The position numbers and the translations under genes were made by a program. A stretch of 64,000 nt of DNA from Squalus acanthias (taxonomy: Eukaryota). The DNA is taken from assembly GCA_030390025.1 (NCBI GenBank), contig CM059432.1, positions 87,546,001-87,610,000 of the forward strand, written 5' to 3'. Below, one piece after another: positions 11,611 through 23,600 of this stretch; within the stretch, counting starts at the first letter, position 1; each line of letters opens with the position of its first letter. The notes under the pieces are model-generated. The model did no database searches and was not told where the DNA came from. It saw only the letters and a program-made list of their open reading frames with translations.

Positions 11611-11812
11611 AAAACAGAAAATGCTGGAATCACTGAACAAGTCAGGGTGTGTCTGTGGATAGAACAAAGGAGTTGACATTTTGGGTGTGGAGCCTTCATC
11701 AAAACTGGTCGAAATCAGTTTAGACAAAGAGTCCACACCTGAAATGTTAACTGCTCTGTTCTCTTCACAGATGCTGCCTGATGTACTCAGTATTTACAAC
11801 CTTTTCTGTTTT
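11611..11812. repeat. ~200-bp fold-back palindrome of two inverted Penelope-like termini
   Basis: The arms are reverse complements around 11709-11714. The right arm is homologous to 26460-26560. Confidence 0.75.
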
Positions 11813-11854
11813 TGTTCCCGATTTTTAGCATTCACAGTTTTTTATTTTTAAGAA

Positions 11855-13100
11855 ATAAAGAACTTGCATTTATATAGCGCCTTTCACAACCTCAGGACAT
11901 CCCAAAGTGCTTTACAGCCAGTGAGTACTTTTGAAGTGTAGTCACTGTTCTAATGTTGAGAAATGTAGCAGCCAATCTGCGCACAGCAAGGTCACATAAA
12001 CAGTAATGAGATACATAGAATCATAGAATGGTTACAGCACGGAAGAAGGCCTTTCGGCCCATCGAGCCCGTGCCGGCTCTCATGACCAGATAATGGCCCA
12101 GAAATTGATCTCGCTCTGTTCCCGCGGGGGTAAGCCTTTCCCGCGATGTCTCACCTCGCTTATGCTTTTTCTGATCCAGCTCGCACGAAATTGATGTTCC
12201 AGACATCAGCTGTGCTGGGCTTGCGCATCCCAGCGGCGTAGTTAATTCGTGCGAGCTGTGGGATCACGTGACTCAGTTAGAGCCAATGGCAGCACACCAT
12301 CTTCCATTCATAAGTCTCACAGCATAGCTGAGAGACTTATGAATCTTACACCCCCCCAAAATAACAGCTAAACCTCAATTAAATTTAAAAAAAAACCCAT
12401 CACATTAATAAAATAAGTATAGTTAATTAAATTAACCATTTTAAATAAAAAATTAAATTTTTGAAAAAATTTAAAATCTTTTAAAAAGTTATAAAAATAA
12501 ACTTACCTGTCTTTAAAGTCTATAAAAAAGATATACCTGTAAAAAAAAATTCAAAAAAATACTTAATTCACTACTTACCTTCTTAAAAGCGGGTCTTACT
12601 CCTCCTTTTTACATTTCCAAAATCTTCAGTACTTACCTGCACGTCCAAAGCATGAAGTGCACAGCGTGCGCGCAGCCTGTAGCGCGCACGCGATGCACTC
12701 CGGCCCCGCCCCCTTTTCGGAAGAGCAATTGCCGGTTTTCAGCGCATGCGCAGGGCATGCAGAAAACCGGCAATTGGAGTGGGAATACGCGAGAGTATGC
12801 TGTGCGTACTCTCGCGTCCCGGGATCAATTTTCGGCCCACTATGTTTTATTGATGTTGGTTGAGGCATAAATATTGGTCAGAACACCGGGGGGGAACTCC
12901 ACTGCTCTTCTTTAAATAGTGCCATGGAATCTTTTACATCCATCTGCTAGGACAGACCAGGCCTTGGTTTAATGTCTCATCCGACACTCCCTCAGTACTG
13001 CACTGAGGTGTGAGCCTAGATTATGTGCTCAAGCTTCTGGAGTGGGACTTGAACCCAGAACTTCAGAGGTAAGAGTGCTGCCACTGAGCCAAGGTTGACA
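11855..13100 (-). mobile_element. Deu-domain tRNA-derived SINE (SacSINE1/AmnSINE-like), split by a CR1 tail and a MITE
   Basis: Reverse complement of the SINE at 48735-49187: tail at 11855-12010, body and head at 12840-13100. Confidence 0.8.
12095..12838. mobile_element. Non-autonomous Harbinger-like MITE
   Basis: Imperfect TIRs GGCCCAGAAATTGATCTCG / CGGGATCAATTTTCGGCCC, AT-rich core, interrupts the SINE. No clean TSD. Confidence 0.75.
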
Positions 13101-13383
13101 GCTTAACTTTATTTTAGTATCAGTTTGATCAGATTTTCTGCTCTGGAGTATGTAACTTGACTCGTTTTAGAGTCATTTTCATGCAATGTGAAAACACTGA
13201 CAAAGACTGCTTCCAATAAAACAGTTGATGGTTCTTAACACTGGTTTCTTTTTATTGAGAAGCTTCCCATGTCTCCAGGAATCTTCTGCCCCACTGCAGA
13301 TTTTCAGTTCTAACATACCCTGGACCTCAGATTTCTAAAAGGTTGGACAAGCATTTTACGATGAGCATTTTACAAGACATTTT

Positions 13384-14248
13384 GGGCTGGATTTTACCAG
13401 CTCTGAGGAGGCAGGTTTGGAGGCGGGACTGCTGGCAAAATCAAAGAGAATGGGAGCAGGTCCCGAACCCGCTCCCAATCCGCCTCCAAACAATCTTTCC
13501 GGGAGTCGGGTCTCCGATTTGCGCAGGGACCCGACTCCTAGCGGCGGGAAGAGGATTATAGCCACTTAACTGCCGTTAACAGGTAGTTAACAGGCAGTTA
13601 AGAGGCTTTTTCCCACTTTGAGACTTCTGCTGCGGGTTTCCTGACATCGGGGTACCCCGCCAGGGTAAGTGAGGTGTGCTGTGCGTATATTGTAATGTTT
13701 GTGTATAGATGACAGCTGCAGACATGGTGTGAAGGATCCATAGGACACTGGTGAGTATCAGAGGTAAGGAGATGTTGAGAAAGTCATTTTTAATGTGTTT
13801 AGATTTTTTTGTAAGTGACAAGCTTTGAAGTGTTTGTGTGGCCTCACCTCATTGGGAGAAGTGACAGATCGCTTCTGTAACCTCACCTGTAGCTGCCATC
13901 TGTTTTATCCTAAGGAGAGAGTCATTGGAGAGCCTTGGTACAAGGGCTGACCTTTGTACAGTGATTGTCAGTGCTAGACAGCATCTCAATGCTGTCAAAC
14001 ACTGACAGATCATCTGTCAAAAATAAATGGTACATGTCCCTTTAAGAAAACCGGCAGATGAAGCGTCATCAACTGACATCATCTGACACTGGCTTTCCCT
14101 TAATTGGCTGGCAAGCCCGCAGGGTGGGCTTAACAAGGCCAATCAGGGGAAAATAGCATCTGTGCATTGGACATCGCTGGGGGCGGGACTAGAACCCGGA
14201 AGGCAGCACTCCCGCCCCCAACTCGTCTCAGCAGGTAAAATCCAGCCC
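13384..14248. mobile_element. Non-autonomous Harbinger-type element with perfect 15-bp TIRs
   Basis: GGGCTGGATTTTACC (13384) and GGTAAAATCCAGCCC (ends 14248), with TTT on both flanks (3-bp TSD). Confidence 0.88.
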
Positions 14249-15707
14249 TTTGATTCTGCGATTCACCACCATGATGCATGTTTCCAATAAATTGATCCAA
14301 TACGAGCAAAATAAAACTGGATTGTGCAGTGTGGTGACCCATCCTGTTATTCTATAATCTTCCAATTTTACACAATATATATTAAAAAAAAATACAGGCC
14401 CAGATATTCACCTGCTCACATGGTCGCAGGGCCCACATTAGATTGATGCTGGCAGCTCATTATAATGAGTAATGAGCCAGGCGTGCAGTCAGAGCTACCT
14501 GCGCTATTCATTGGCTGCATGCCTGTTTGGGGAGTGGGAAATTGGACTTCACTGATGACACTTAAAAGCAGCCAACGCCCCTTAAAGGAGCGGTGCACAC
14601 TGGCTGCAGAGAGCAGGGAAATGCTGTGAAGGTCTAAAATGGCTGGAAGATGTACAGAGAGGCCTCCAGGTGCTTTTTGCAGGATGGTAGCCATGGTCCA
14701 GGCTGTCACCAGGAAGAGTGAAATCCTATTCACACTACTGCCATAGATGCTCAGGTGGCTGCCATCTTGGCTTTGGAGCCAGTGTTGAGAGGGGCTTCCA
14801 GAGTGTTACATCACTCCGGCACTCTGTTCTCCCACAGAGCTTTAGGAGTGTTGAGGAGCTGTCCCAGGAGAGCGGCCTTTGCTCCATATGAGAGGCATGC
14901 TGTCTTCTCTCAGGATGACGTCACACTGCCCCTCTGTCATCCTCTCCTCCAGTGCCTTTCTCAGTGTCACACAGTCAGCTGGGCCAGACTGCCCCGGCCC
15001 ATGGCGAGATGCTGCAGTTTGCAGCCGGGCCCTCAAGGCCAAAAGCTTGGAGATGTCATTGATGTCACCTACTGCAGCCTGGGACAACCCTGTGGCATAA
15101 AAATTAAGGGCCACATTGACCTTGACAGTCACAGGCCGCTCTCCTGGGACTGCGTCTCAGCACTCCTAAAGCTCTGCGCAACAACAGAGTGCCGGAGTGA
15201 TGTGACGCTAAGGAAGCCCCTCTCAGCAGTGGTTCCAAAGCCAAGGTGGCAGTCACCTGTGCATCTATAGCAGTAGTGTGAACAGGATCTCCCATGTCCT
15301 GGTTCAAGGCTTGAGTTGTGGCTGAAGTGCTCCTTGAAGACCTGCTATGGGTATGGCCTCCTGCATAGTGCCCTTCTCCTGGCTCTTCTCTCAGCTGCTC
15401 TTGTTATTTTCTCTCTTCTTTGCTGAGCCCCCTTGTCCACCAGCCCCAAAGGCAAACCTACCAGACCAACCATGAATTAAAAAAAACTGTTTTGAAGGCA
15501 GCCAAAAACTTGTTAGAAGTCACAATTCAGTTGTAGAGGGCAGAAAATAGGCAAAAAACACCTAGAAGCTAACGAGTAGCCTAAAAGGATGAATCAACAC
15601 CTAAGCTATTTTATAAAAAGGATATAGAGGCACTGGAGAGGGTGCAGAGAAGATTTACAAGGATGATACCAGAAATGCGAGGGTATACATATTAGGAAAG
15701 GATGAAC

Positions 15708-18706
15708 ATAAGAACATAAGAAATAGGAGCAGGAGTAGGCCATTCAACCATTCGAGCCTGCTTCGCCATTCAATGAGATCATGGCTGATCTTCTGCCTCA
15801 ACTCCATTCACCGGCCCTATCGCCATATCCCTTGATGCCCTTACTAGTCAGAAATCTATCGACTTCTGTTTTGAATATACCCAATGACTGAGCCTCCACA
15901 GCCTTCTGGGGCAGAGAATTCCAAAGATTCACCACCCTCTGTGTGAAGAAATTTCTTCTCATCTCAGTCCTGAATGGCCTACCCTTTATCTTGAGGTTGT
16001 GGCCCCTGTTTCTAGACTCCCCAGCCAAGGGAAACATTCTCCCAGCATCCACCCTATCAAGCCCTGTAATAATTTTGTATGCTTCAATGAGATCCCCTCT
16101 CATTCTTCTGAATTCAAGAGAATACAGGCCTAGTTTACTCAAGCTCTTCTCATACGACAGTCCCACCATCCCAGGAATCAATCTCGTGAACCTTCGTTGC
16201 ACTCCCTCTATGGCAAGTATATCCTTCCTTAGGTAAGGAGACCAAAATTGTACACAGTACTCTAGGTGTGGTCTCACCAAGGCCCTATATAATTGGAGTA
16301 AGACTTCTTTACTCCTGTACTCAAATCCTCTTGTAATGAAGGCCAGCATACCATTTGCCTTCCTAATGGCTTGCTGCACCTGCACATTCACTTTCAGTGA
16401 CTCATGTACATGTAAGGTTTCCAAAATTTGCAGATCCCCAACCTAAGGAAAAAGGACTTTGGAACTACCTCAGAGTGATAAAATTGCATTTGGGCCTAAC
16501 CTAAGGAATATAAGACCAAAAACCAAGTTTTGGCATTTTAAAACTATGTCCAGGCCTGTAAAGGAACAAGAAGATGGGTTCGACCTCTGTAAAAGCAGTT
16601 TTGGTTATTGCAGTTAATTGCACTGTCTGGGGAACTGGGATGACCCTACTCAAGCCCCAGCAGGCATTAACATTTTCACAATAGACCCTGGGAGAAGACA
16701 GTCCCACCCAAAATAACAGGCCCCATCAAACCGATTACAGGGCCCATCAGAAAACATGCATAATACAAATCACTCAGGACCAGTCTATAGAAAAGACTGA
16801 GTCCAGCCTAGAAACCCAAAACACGAAACCAATCACCAGTGATCAGCCAAGGAGATCGACAGGAAGCAAACCATCCCAAAACCCATTTGACACTTACTGG
16901 TAACAGGCCCGCCAAAATTCAGACAATGAACTGAGTAGATTTGGCGGGTAGATAAGGCCATGTTCAATGGGTGAGATTGAAGGCCTGTTAAAATCCCAGT
17001 TCACGGGCTAGTAAGTCATTACCGATTTACGAGCCCGCCAAAAACCAGACAATGAACTGAGTAGATTTGGCGGTAGATAAGGCCACTTCAATCTAGTATA
17101 ATTGAAGGCCCATCAAGCAGTTCAAGGTCGAGTCGTCAGTTGCAACCGGTGGTCATCAGAAGAAGAAGAAACCAGGAAGAAGAAAACCCGAGCTGGAAGC
17201 GAGTCGGCATCGCTCACCACTCAGACACACCTGAGTCCAGCTCGTGAAGATGCCACCTCGACGGACCTCCAACAACGGTCCCAACACAGTCACCCGGAGC
17301 AACAAGCAGCAACAAGTCACCGACAGCTTCACGAGGTCGACCGACACACTAAACAAGACCTAAAGCCATCGCGGAAACCAAAGGCCTCACGAAACCAACA
17401 ACTGCGCATTACCCCCAACTGACCGGGTAATAGCAGGCCACCGCGACCAACAAAGACCAACTCCAGGGAAGAAAACCCTTAGAACCGCAAAGTTTCCACA
17501 CTACAAACTACTCCTGACTTACCCCTGGGTAAGATTTTCCCCAAAGACTCTAAACCCTACTGCTAAACCAAAGAAATTGGGTACTCACCAGATAAATCCA
17601 AAACGACATCCTACCGCATCAGCGGACTCGCGAAGACTGACCAGAGACCCAGGTGAAGTCCTCTACCGCATATGGGGTACAGCAGACACTAACCGCCATA
17701 AACAGCGAACCCCAAAACCGCGATTTAGCCCAACTGTCAAAGGATTGGTGAGCATTATCCCTGGTCCTTCAAAACCTAACTTAGCTAGTAAAGTGGGGTT
17801 GGGAGGGGTGAAGTATTGTTCTACTGTCATTTCCCTCGCTTGTACCGAAGTGTTCCCTACCTTTAGAGTATTAAAGTGTTATTACTTGTGTCTGACCTTT
17901 TAATAAAGATTGAAGTTCTTTCATCAAACTCAGTTGTCTGCTGCACCTTTGTATCACAACCCCCAAATAAGTCCAAGGTCTAGAACCAAGGGAGTGGGAG
18001 CGATTCGAACCGCTCAGAAGTCAGAGGTGAAGCTGACACAAACCACCACCCCCTACAACAAGGACACCCAGGTCCCTTTGAGCATCTGCATTCCCCAATC
18101 TTTCACCATTTAGGAAATACTCTGCCTTTCTGTTTTTTCTATCAAAGTGGATAACTTCAAATTTATCCACATTATATTCCATCTGCCATGTTCTCGCCCA
18201 CTCATGAGCCTGTCGAGATCCCCTTGAAGCCTCTTCACATCCTCTTTGCAACTGACACTGCCACCTAGCTTTGTGTCATCAGCAAATTTGGAAATGTTAC
18301 ATTTAGTCCCCTCATCCAAATCATTGATATAGATTGTGAATAGCTGGGGCCCAAGCACCAATCCTTGCGGTACCCCACTAGTCACAGCCTGCCATTCTGA
18401 AAAAGACCCGTTTATCCCTACTCTTTGTTTTCTGTCTGTTAACCAATTCTCAATCCATGCTAGTATATTACCCCCAATTCCATGTGCCCTGATTTTGTTC
18501 ACCAACCTCTTGTGTGGGACCTTATCGAAGGCCTTCTGAAAATCCAGATACACCACATCTACCGGTTCCCCTTTGTCTACTCCACTAGTTACATCCTCAA
18601 AGAACTCCAATAGGTTTGTCAAACAGGATTTCCCTTTCATAAATCCATGTTGACTCTGCCCAATCTTACTATTAGTTTCTAAGTGCCCAGTTATTGCATC
18701 CTTTAT
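15708..18706 (-). mobile_element. CR1-clade LINE ORF2 (RT) fragment, 5'-truncated, split by a solo LTR
   Basis: [63 protein letters not shown]. Tail (ttcttatg)n. Confidence 0.93.
16411..18057 (+). mobile_element. Probable solo LTR (1647 bp)
   Basis: TGTAAGG...CCCTACA termini. Cleanly interrupts CR1 catgtaca|aggacacc with ACA duplicated. ~60-bp internal direct repeat (~16905-16970 / ~17032-17092). AATAAA at 17902. Confidence 0.75.
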
Positions 18707-19595
18707 AAGGCTGGGTCTCATTTCTCTTGAAAAAAGAAGGCTGAGGGGTGACCTAATAGAGGTGTATAAAATTATGAACAATTTTGACAGAGTGGATACA
18801 GAAAGAATGTTTCCACTTATGGGGAACAGCATAACTAGAGGCCATCAATATAAAATAGTCACCAAGAAATCCAATAGGGAATTCAGAAGAAACTTCTTTA
18901 CCGAGAGAGTGGTGAGAATGTGGAACTCACTACCACAGGGAGTGGTTGAAGCAAATAGTATAGATGTATTTAAGGGGAGGCTAGACAAGCATATGAGGGA
19001 GAAGGGAATAGAGGGTTATGCTGATAGAGTTAGATGAGGAAAGACGGGAGGAGGCTCGAGTGGAGCATAAACACCGGCATGGACTGGTTGGGCCGAATGG
19101 CCTGTTTCTGTGCTGTATATCCTATGTAATCCTATGTAATCCTACATAAAGCTGTATGGAATGGATCAGCCCTGTAAGTAGCATTACTGTAGGGTCCTTG
19201 CTGCCTGTTAGCAGCATGAGTCACTGAGCGAGTTTATCACATGGCAAGTCAGGTGCTGGGGCAGACCAATTTCAGAAACGGGCCCAACAACAAGCGTAGG
19301 ACCTTTATTTAAATATTACAAGAAGGCTTTTTAATACTTCCAGCGCACACCCTGCACAGCTGTGGAGGAGCCCGGTCCAACATTGCGGGTGGCGTATTTC
19401 TGGCGTGGAATGAGCACAAACTCACTGCCTGCCATATTAGCCCATTAGGCACTCGTTTTATATCTGTAAAAGGGGCACTGCACGATCATATTCTTGACCA
19501 CAGCATTTATACTTAAGCTCCTAGTTACTGTGGATTGGCTGTTCCTGAGTTCAGATCTAATTAAGTGATCAGGGACATGAGGCTGCATTTGGTGT

Positions 19596-20505
19596 CAGCT
19601 ATGGCTCAGTTGGTAGCACTACAGGACAAAGCAGCCCGCTTGATTGGCACTCCATCCACCACCTTAAACATTCATTCCCTCCACCACCGGTGTAACATGG
19701 CTGCAGTGTGTACCATCTACAAGATGCACTGCAGCAACTTGCCAAGGCTTCTTCGGCAGCACCTCCCAAACCCACGACCTCTACCACCTAGAAGGACAAG
19801 GGCAGCAGGCACATGGGAACACCAGCCCTCCAAGTTCCCCTCCAAGTCACACACCATCCTGACTTGGAAATATTTTGCTGTTCTTTCATCGTCGCTGGGT
19901 CAAAATCCTGGAACTCACTACCTAAAAATACCGTGGGAGTACCTTCACCACAGGGACTGCAGCGGTGTAAGAAGGTGGCTCACCAACACATTCTCGAGAG
20001 CAATTAGTGATCGGCAATAAATGCTGGCCTTGCCAGCGATGCCCACATCCCGGAATGAATAAAAACCAAGAAAAAAACCTTGCCTCTGACTCAGAAGGTT
20101 GTGAGTTCAAGCCCCACTCCAGAGACTTGAGAACAAAAATCTAGACTGACACTCCAGTGCGGTACCTAGGGGGCGCTGCTCTGTTGGCGGTTCTGTCTTT
20201 TGGAATAGATGTTAAACTGAGGCCCCATCTACTCCCTCAGGTGGATGTAAAAGGTCCCATGACACTATTTCAAAGAAGAGCAGGGGAGTTATCACCAGCA
20301 TCCTGGCCAATATTTTTTCCTTAATCAATGTTCCAAAAAACAGATTATCTGGTCATTATCGCATTGCTGTTTGTGGGAGTTTGCTGCGTGCAAATTGGCT
20401 GCCACATTTCCTACATTACAACATCAACTACACTTTAAAAAAGTACTTGATTGTCTGTAGAGCGCTTTGGGATGTCCTGAGGTCATGAAAAACAAGTCTT
20501 TCTTT
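19596..20505 (+). mobile_element. Deu-domain tRNA-derived SINE interrupted between its A and B boxes
   Basis: A box TGGCTCAGTTGG at ~19602 and B-box-like GAGTTCAAGCCC at ~20103. Deu core ggtggatgtaaaaggtcccatg. L2-like tail. Confidence 0.85.
19621..20078 (+). mobile_element. Non-LTR retrotransposon 3' fragment (same family as 34709-36107)
   Basis: QDKAARLIG...LNIHSLHHR...YKMHCSNLPRLL and an A-rich tail. Confidence 0.85.
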
Positions 20506-20580
20506 TTCTTTTTCTTTTCACAGTGCAGACGCCAGAGATTTGGGGAAACAGCAAGCAGGATCCAGTGACCCTCCTTGGTG

Positions 20581-21153
20581 CACTGAGCTCTCTCTGGGTC
20601 TCCTTCTCCCCCAGTGTCACTGAGCTCTCTCTGGGTCTCCTGCTCCCCCAGTGTCACTGAGCTCTCTCTGGGTCTCCTGCTCCCCCAGTGTCACTGAGCT
20701 CTCTCTGGGTCTCCTGCTCCCCCAGTGTCACTGAGCTCTCTCTGGGTCTCCTTCTCCCCCAGTGTCACTGAGCTCTCTCCGGGTGTCCTTCTCCCCTGTG
20801 TCACTGAGCTCTCTCTGGGTCTCCTGCTCCCCCAGTGTCACTGAGCTCTCTCTGGGTCTCCTGCTCCCCCCCTGTCACTGAGCTCTCTCTGGGTCTCCTG
20901 CTCCCCCAGTGTCACTGAGCTCTCTCTGGGTCTCCTGCTCCCCCAGTGTCACTGAGCTCTCTCTGGGTCTCCTTCTCACCCAGTGCCACTGAGCTCTCTC
21001 TGGGTCTCCTTCTCCCCCCCTGTCACTGAGCTCTCTCCGGGTGTCCTTCTCCCCCCCTGTCACTGAGCTCTCTCTGGGTCTCCTTCTCCCCCAGTGTCAC
21101 TGAGCTCGCTCTGGGTCTCCTTCCCACCCAGTGTCACTGAGCACTCTCTGGGT
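20581..21153. repeat. 37-bp minisatellite, ~15 copies
   Basis: Unit cactgagctctctctgggtctcct(t/g)ctcccccagtgt. Confidence 0.95.
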
Positions 21154-22639
21154 ATCCTCAGCTTAATGCTGTATCACAGCTCAGGATACTGGAAATGCAT
21201 CAGAATAGTGTCAAAAGTCAAAAATTCCTTGGGGGTGGGGGGATGCCCCCAGATACCACTAGGACATCTATTTCATGCCATTAGAGCTCAATCCCCTCTT
21301 CAAAGGTTTCTAAAACCAGCACTGCAAAAATTGCATTTTGTGCATTGAAAATTTTCCCCGTAATACAACTGACAGAATATTGGGTACAACTGCAGTCGTC
21401 ACAAGTTCATGTCCCACTGCATTCCTATTGTAATTCATTCCTTTTGCCTGTCATACATGAGGCCAGGTTTCAGATTGCATAGAAAAACAATCCTAATTGG
21501 CAAATATGATCTCAAAACACTAATAAAATCCTGAAATCCAGTCAAATACCGATGTCTGGAGCGTGCATCAGCTCCTTTCATTGGTGTCTGAAGTGTCATA
21601 GGACCCCAATTAGCATATTAAAAGTAGCTTCCAGCCTTGAACAGGTGGGCACTCTCCAGCCGCCTATTTCCAGGATGGGTCGAACATAACCATGGTAAGT
21701 GTTGCATCGCGATTTTCGGAATGCATGCGTCCTGTTCCCACCTGGTGGAGGACCTGAAAGTCGACCCCAAGATGTCTTGTGAGGCATGCTTCCCTATAAT
21801 CTTCATCCACCTTTTTTAGCTCAGCCCTCCATTAATAATGTATAGATAGGAATCCCCTTTGGGAGACCCACGATGATGGTCTTGTCAGATTTAAGTCATT
21901 TTTTTCAAATTTAGCTCAGTGAGTATACAGAGGAAGGAAGAAGTCCCCCTCTTTAGCTTCAAAACAAAATATAAATGACAAATCACTTCAGTATTCCTCA
22001 AAAGTTTTGGGACACTCAGGAGGCAGTATAACACTTACTTCCACCTTGATGGGTTGCTGCTGTCATCTATCGTGTTGTGGCAAAAGGGGTGGAACCTTGG
22101 CATGTACAGATCTTTCCCCATTCCTTACCCCCACCTCCCTCTAGATTGCACGATTTTAACATGATTATTTTAGAGAGAATTCTAGGATAAGTAGTTAGGT
22201 GTGATGATGATCATTAATGGGCTATTGTGGTCTCCTGGAGTTTAACTCAATTCAGGGGTTGGAGAGGAGAATTTCTCTGAGCTTTTCTTAAATTAGCTGG
22301 AGAACTTTTCCTATTTTTCTGCCTCTCCCAGGCAATTGCATGGTTAAGAGGTGAGTAAATGCTGTACATGGTTGTACCATATCTGGATGGGTTAGGCTTG
22401 ATGAGCTTAATGGCCTTTTCACAGGCTTTTTTTTCAAATATTGCACTCAATTTGTAATTGGTTTCAATCTTGTATGTAGAAGGCTGTCATCAGTGGGAAT
22501 AGACCTGTATGGGGCCATGTCACAAGTGAGAGTCCCACAGGCATCAATTGGGACCAATGCTGTTCATTATCTTCATTAATCATTTTGATTAGGGATTACA
22601 CAAGTTTGCACAGGGGTTAGGAATTTAGACCAAATCAAT

Positions 22640-23600
22640 AGGTTGTTTTCTGATTTAGAGAGGTTAGGAGACTGGGCCCAAGATTGGCAGATGTCTTCAA
22701 AATAGATAAATGTAGTGTTATACATTTGGAGCTGGGAAACTCCATGTATGTTTATACCATTGTTTATATCATGCAAGGGTACCTGCTAAAGGTTATAGAT
22801 CAAGAGAGGGACTGCGGGGTGGGGGAGGGGCCTGTTACAGCTGATAAATCATCGAAGATCCACAAGCAATGTGATGAAGCTATTGGGAAGGCAAATTGGA
22901 TTTAAGGTTGTATTGCTAGGACCATACAATATAAAACTAAGAACACTTACAAGGCTTTAGTACATCTTCACTTGGAGTACTGTATCAGCTTTGGTCCACA
23001 CACATGGCTCGGCTATCAACATCCTGGAGGGCAACCAAATAAGGGCATCCAGTCTCAGTACTTAGGCTCTTAATTATTTTCATTAGAGAAATGCTGGCTT
23101 AGAGGAGATATCTTTGGAAAGAGTTTAGATTCTATCTAGTTAAATAGGGTATTTGAGATGGGCAAGGATGGTAGAGCTAGGGAGCATGCATATAAAATCA
23201 TTAGGCAAAGAGTTAGGTTAGATATTAGGAAGTACTTCTTTTCATAATGAGTTAAGCGCCCTCTGGAAGAGGTGGTAAATGTGGATTCCCTATAGTCTTT
23301 CAAAAGGGAGCTGGACAAGTTCCTGAGAGAGGAGGACATTTCCAGTTATAGAGGATAAGTTTTGGCTTAACTGGGTTAAGAAAGATGTATGGATTACTGC
23401 ATGGAGTTTTGCTGATTGCCTTAGGAGGTTGGAGAAGAATTTCCCAGAGTTTTTCCAATATTGGCCTTAGGGTTTTTTTCCTCTGTTTTCTTTTCCTCTT
23501 CTGGGAGATTGTGTGATTAAGAGTTAGGTAAGTGGTATATATAGCTGCACCATGACTGGATGGGGCAGGGCTGATGGGCTGGATGGCCTTTTCCCATCCT
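22640..23600 (+). mobile_element. Old degenerate CR1 3' region (a similar 3' piece lies at 22150-22420)
   Basis: Decayed KCSVIHL, HLEYC and FKRELDKFL-like segments plus a 3' UTR. Confidence 0.65.

Larger units (their letters stand above)
15611..19146 (+). mobile_element. CR1 LINE 3' fragment (plus), split into 15611-15707 and 18707-19146
   Basis: KDIEALERVQRRFTRMIPEMRG...ERMN continues directly as [23 protein letters not shown]...WNSLP. Tail (atcctatgta)n. Confidence 0.85.
14397..19500. mobile_element. Harbinger relic split by a nested LINE/LTR stack
   Basis: Minus-strand transposase remnant TVKVNVALNFYATGLSQAAVGDINDIS (~15050-15130) and its N-terminus near 15470. Myb N-terminal remnant at ~14640-14735. 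Element-like sequence resumes at 19147-19500. Confidence 0.65.

Noticed and set aside
18110..18832. 240-aa ORF as a single gene
   Set aside because: It is a chimera across the junction of two opposite-strand CR1 fragments at ~18707.
19596..19620. tRNA gene
   Set aside because: It is the tRNA-derived head of a SINE, with no full cloverleaf.
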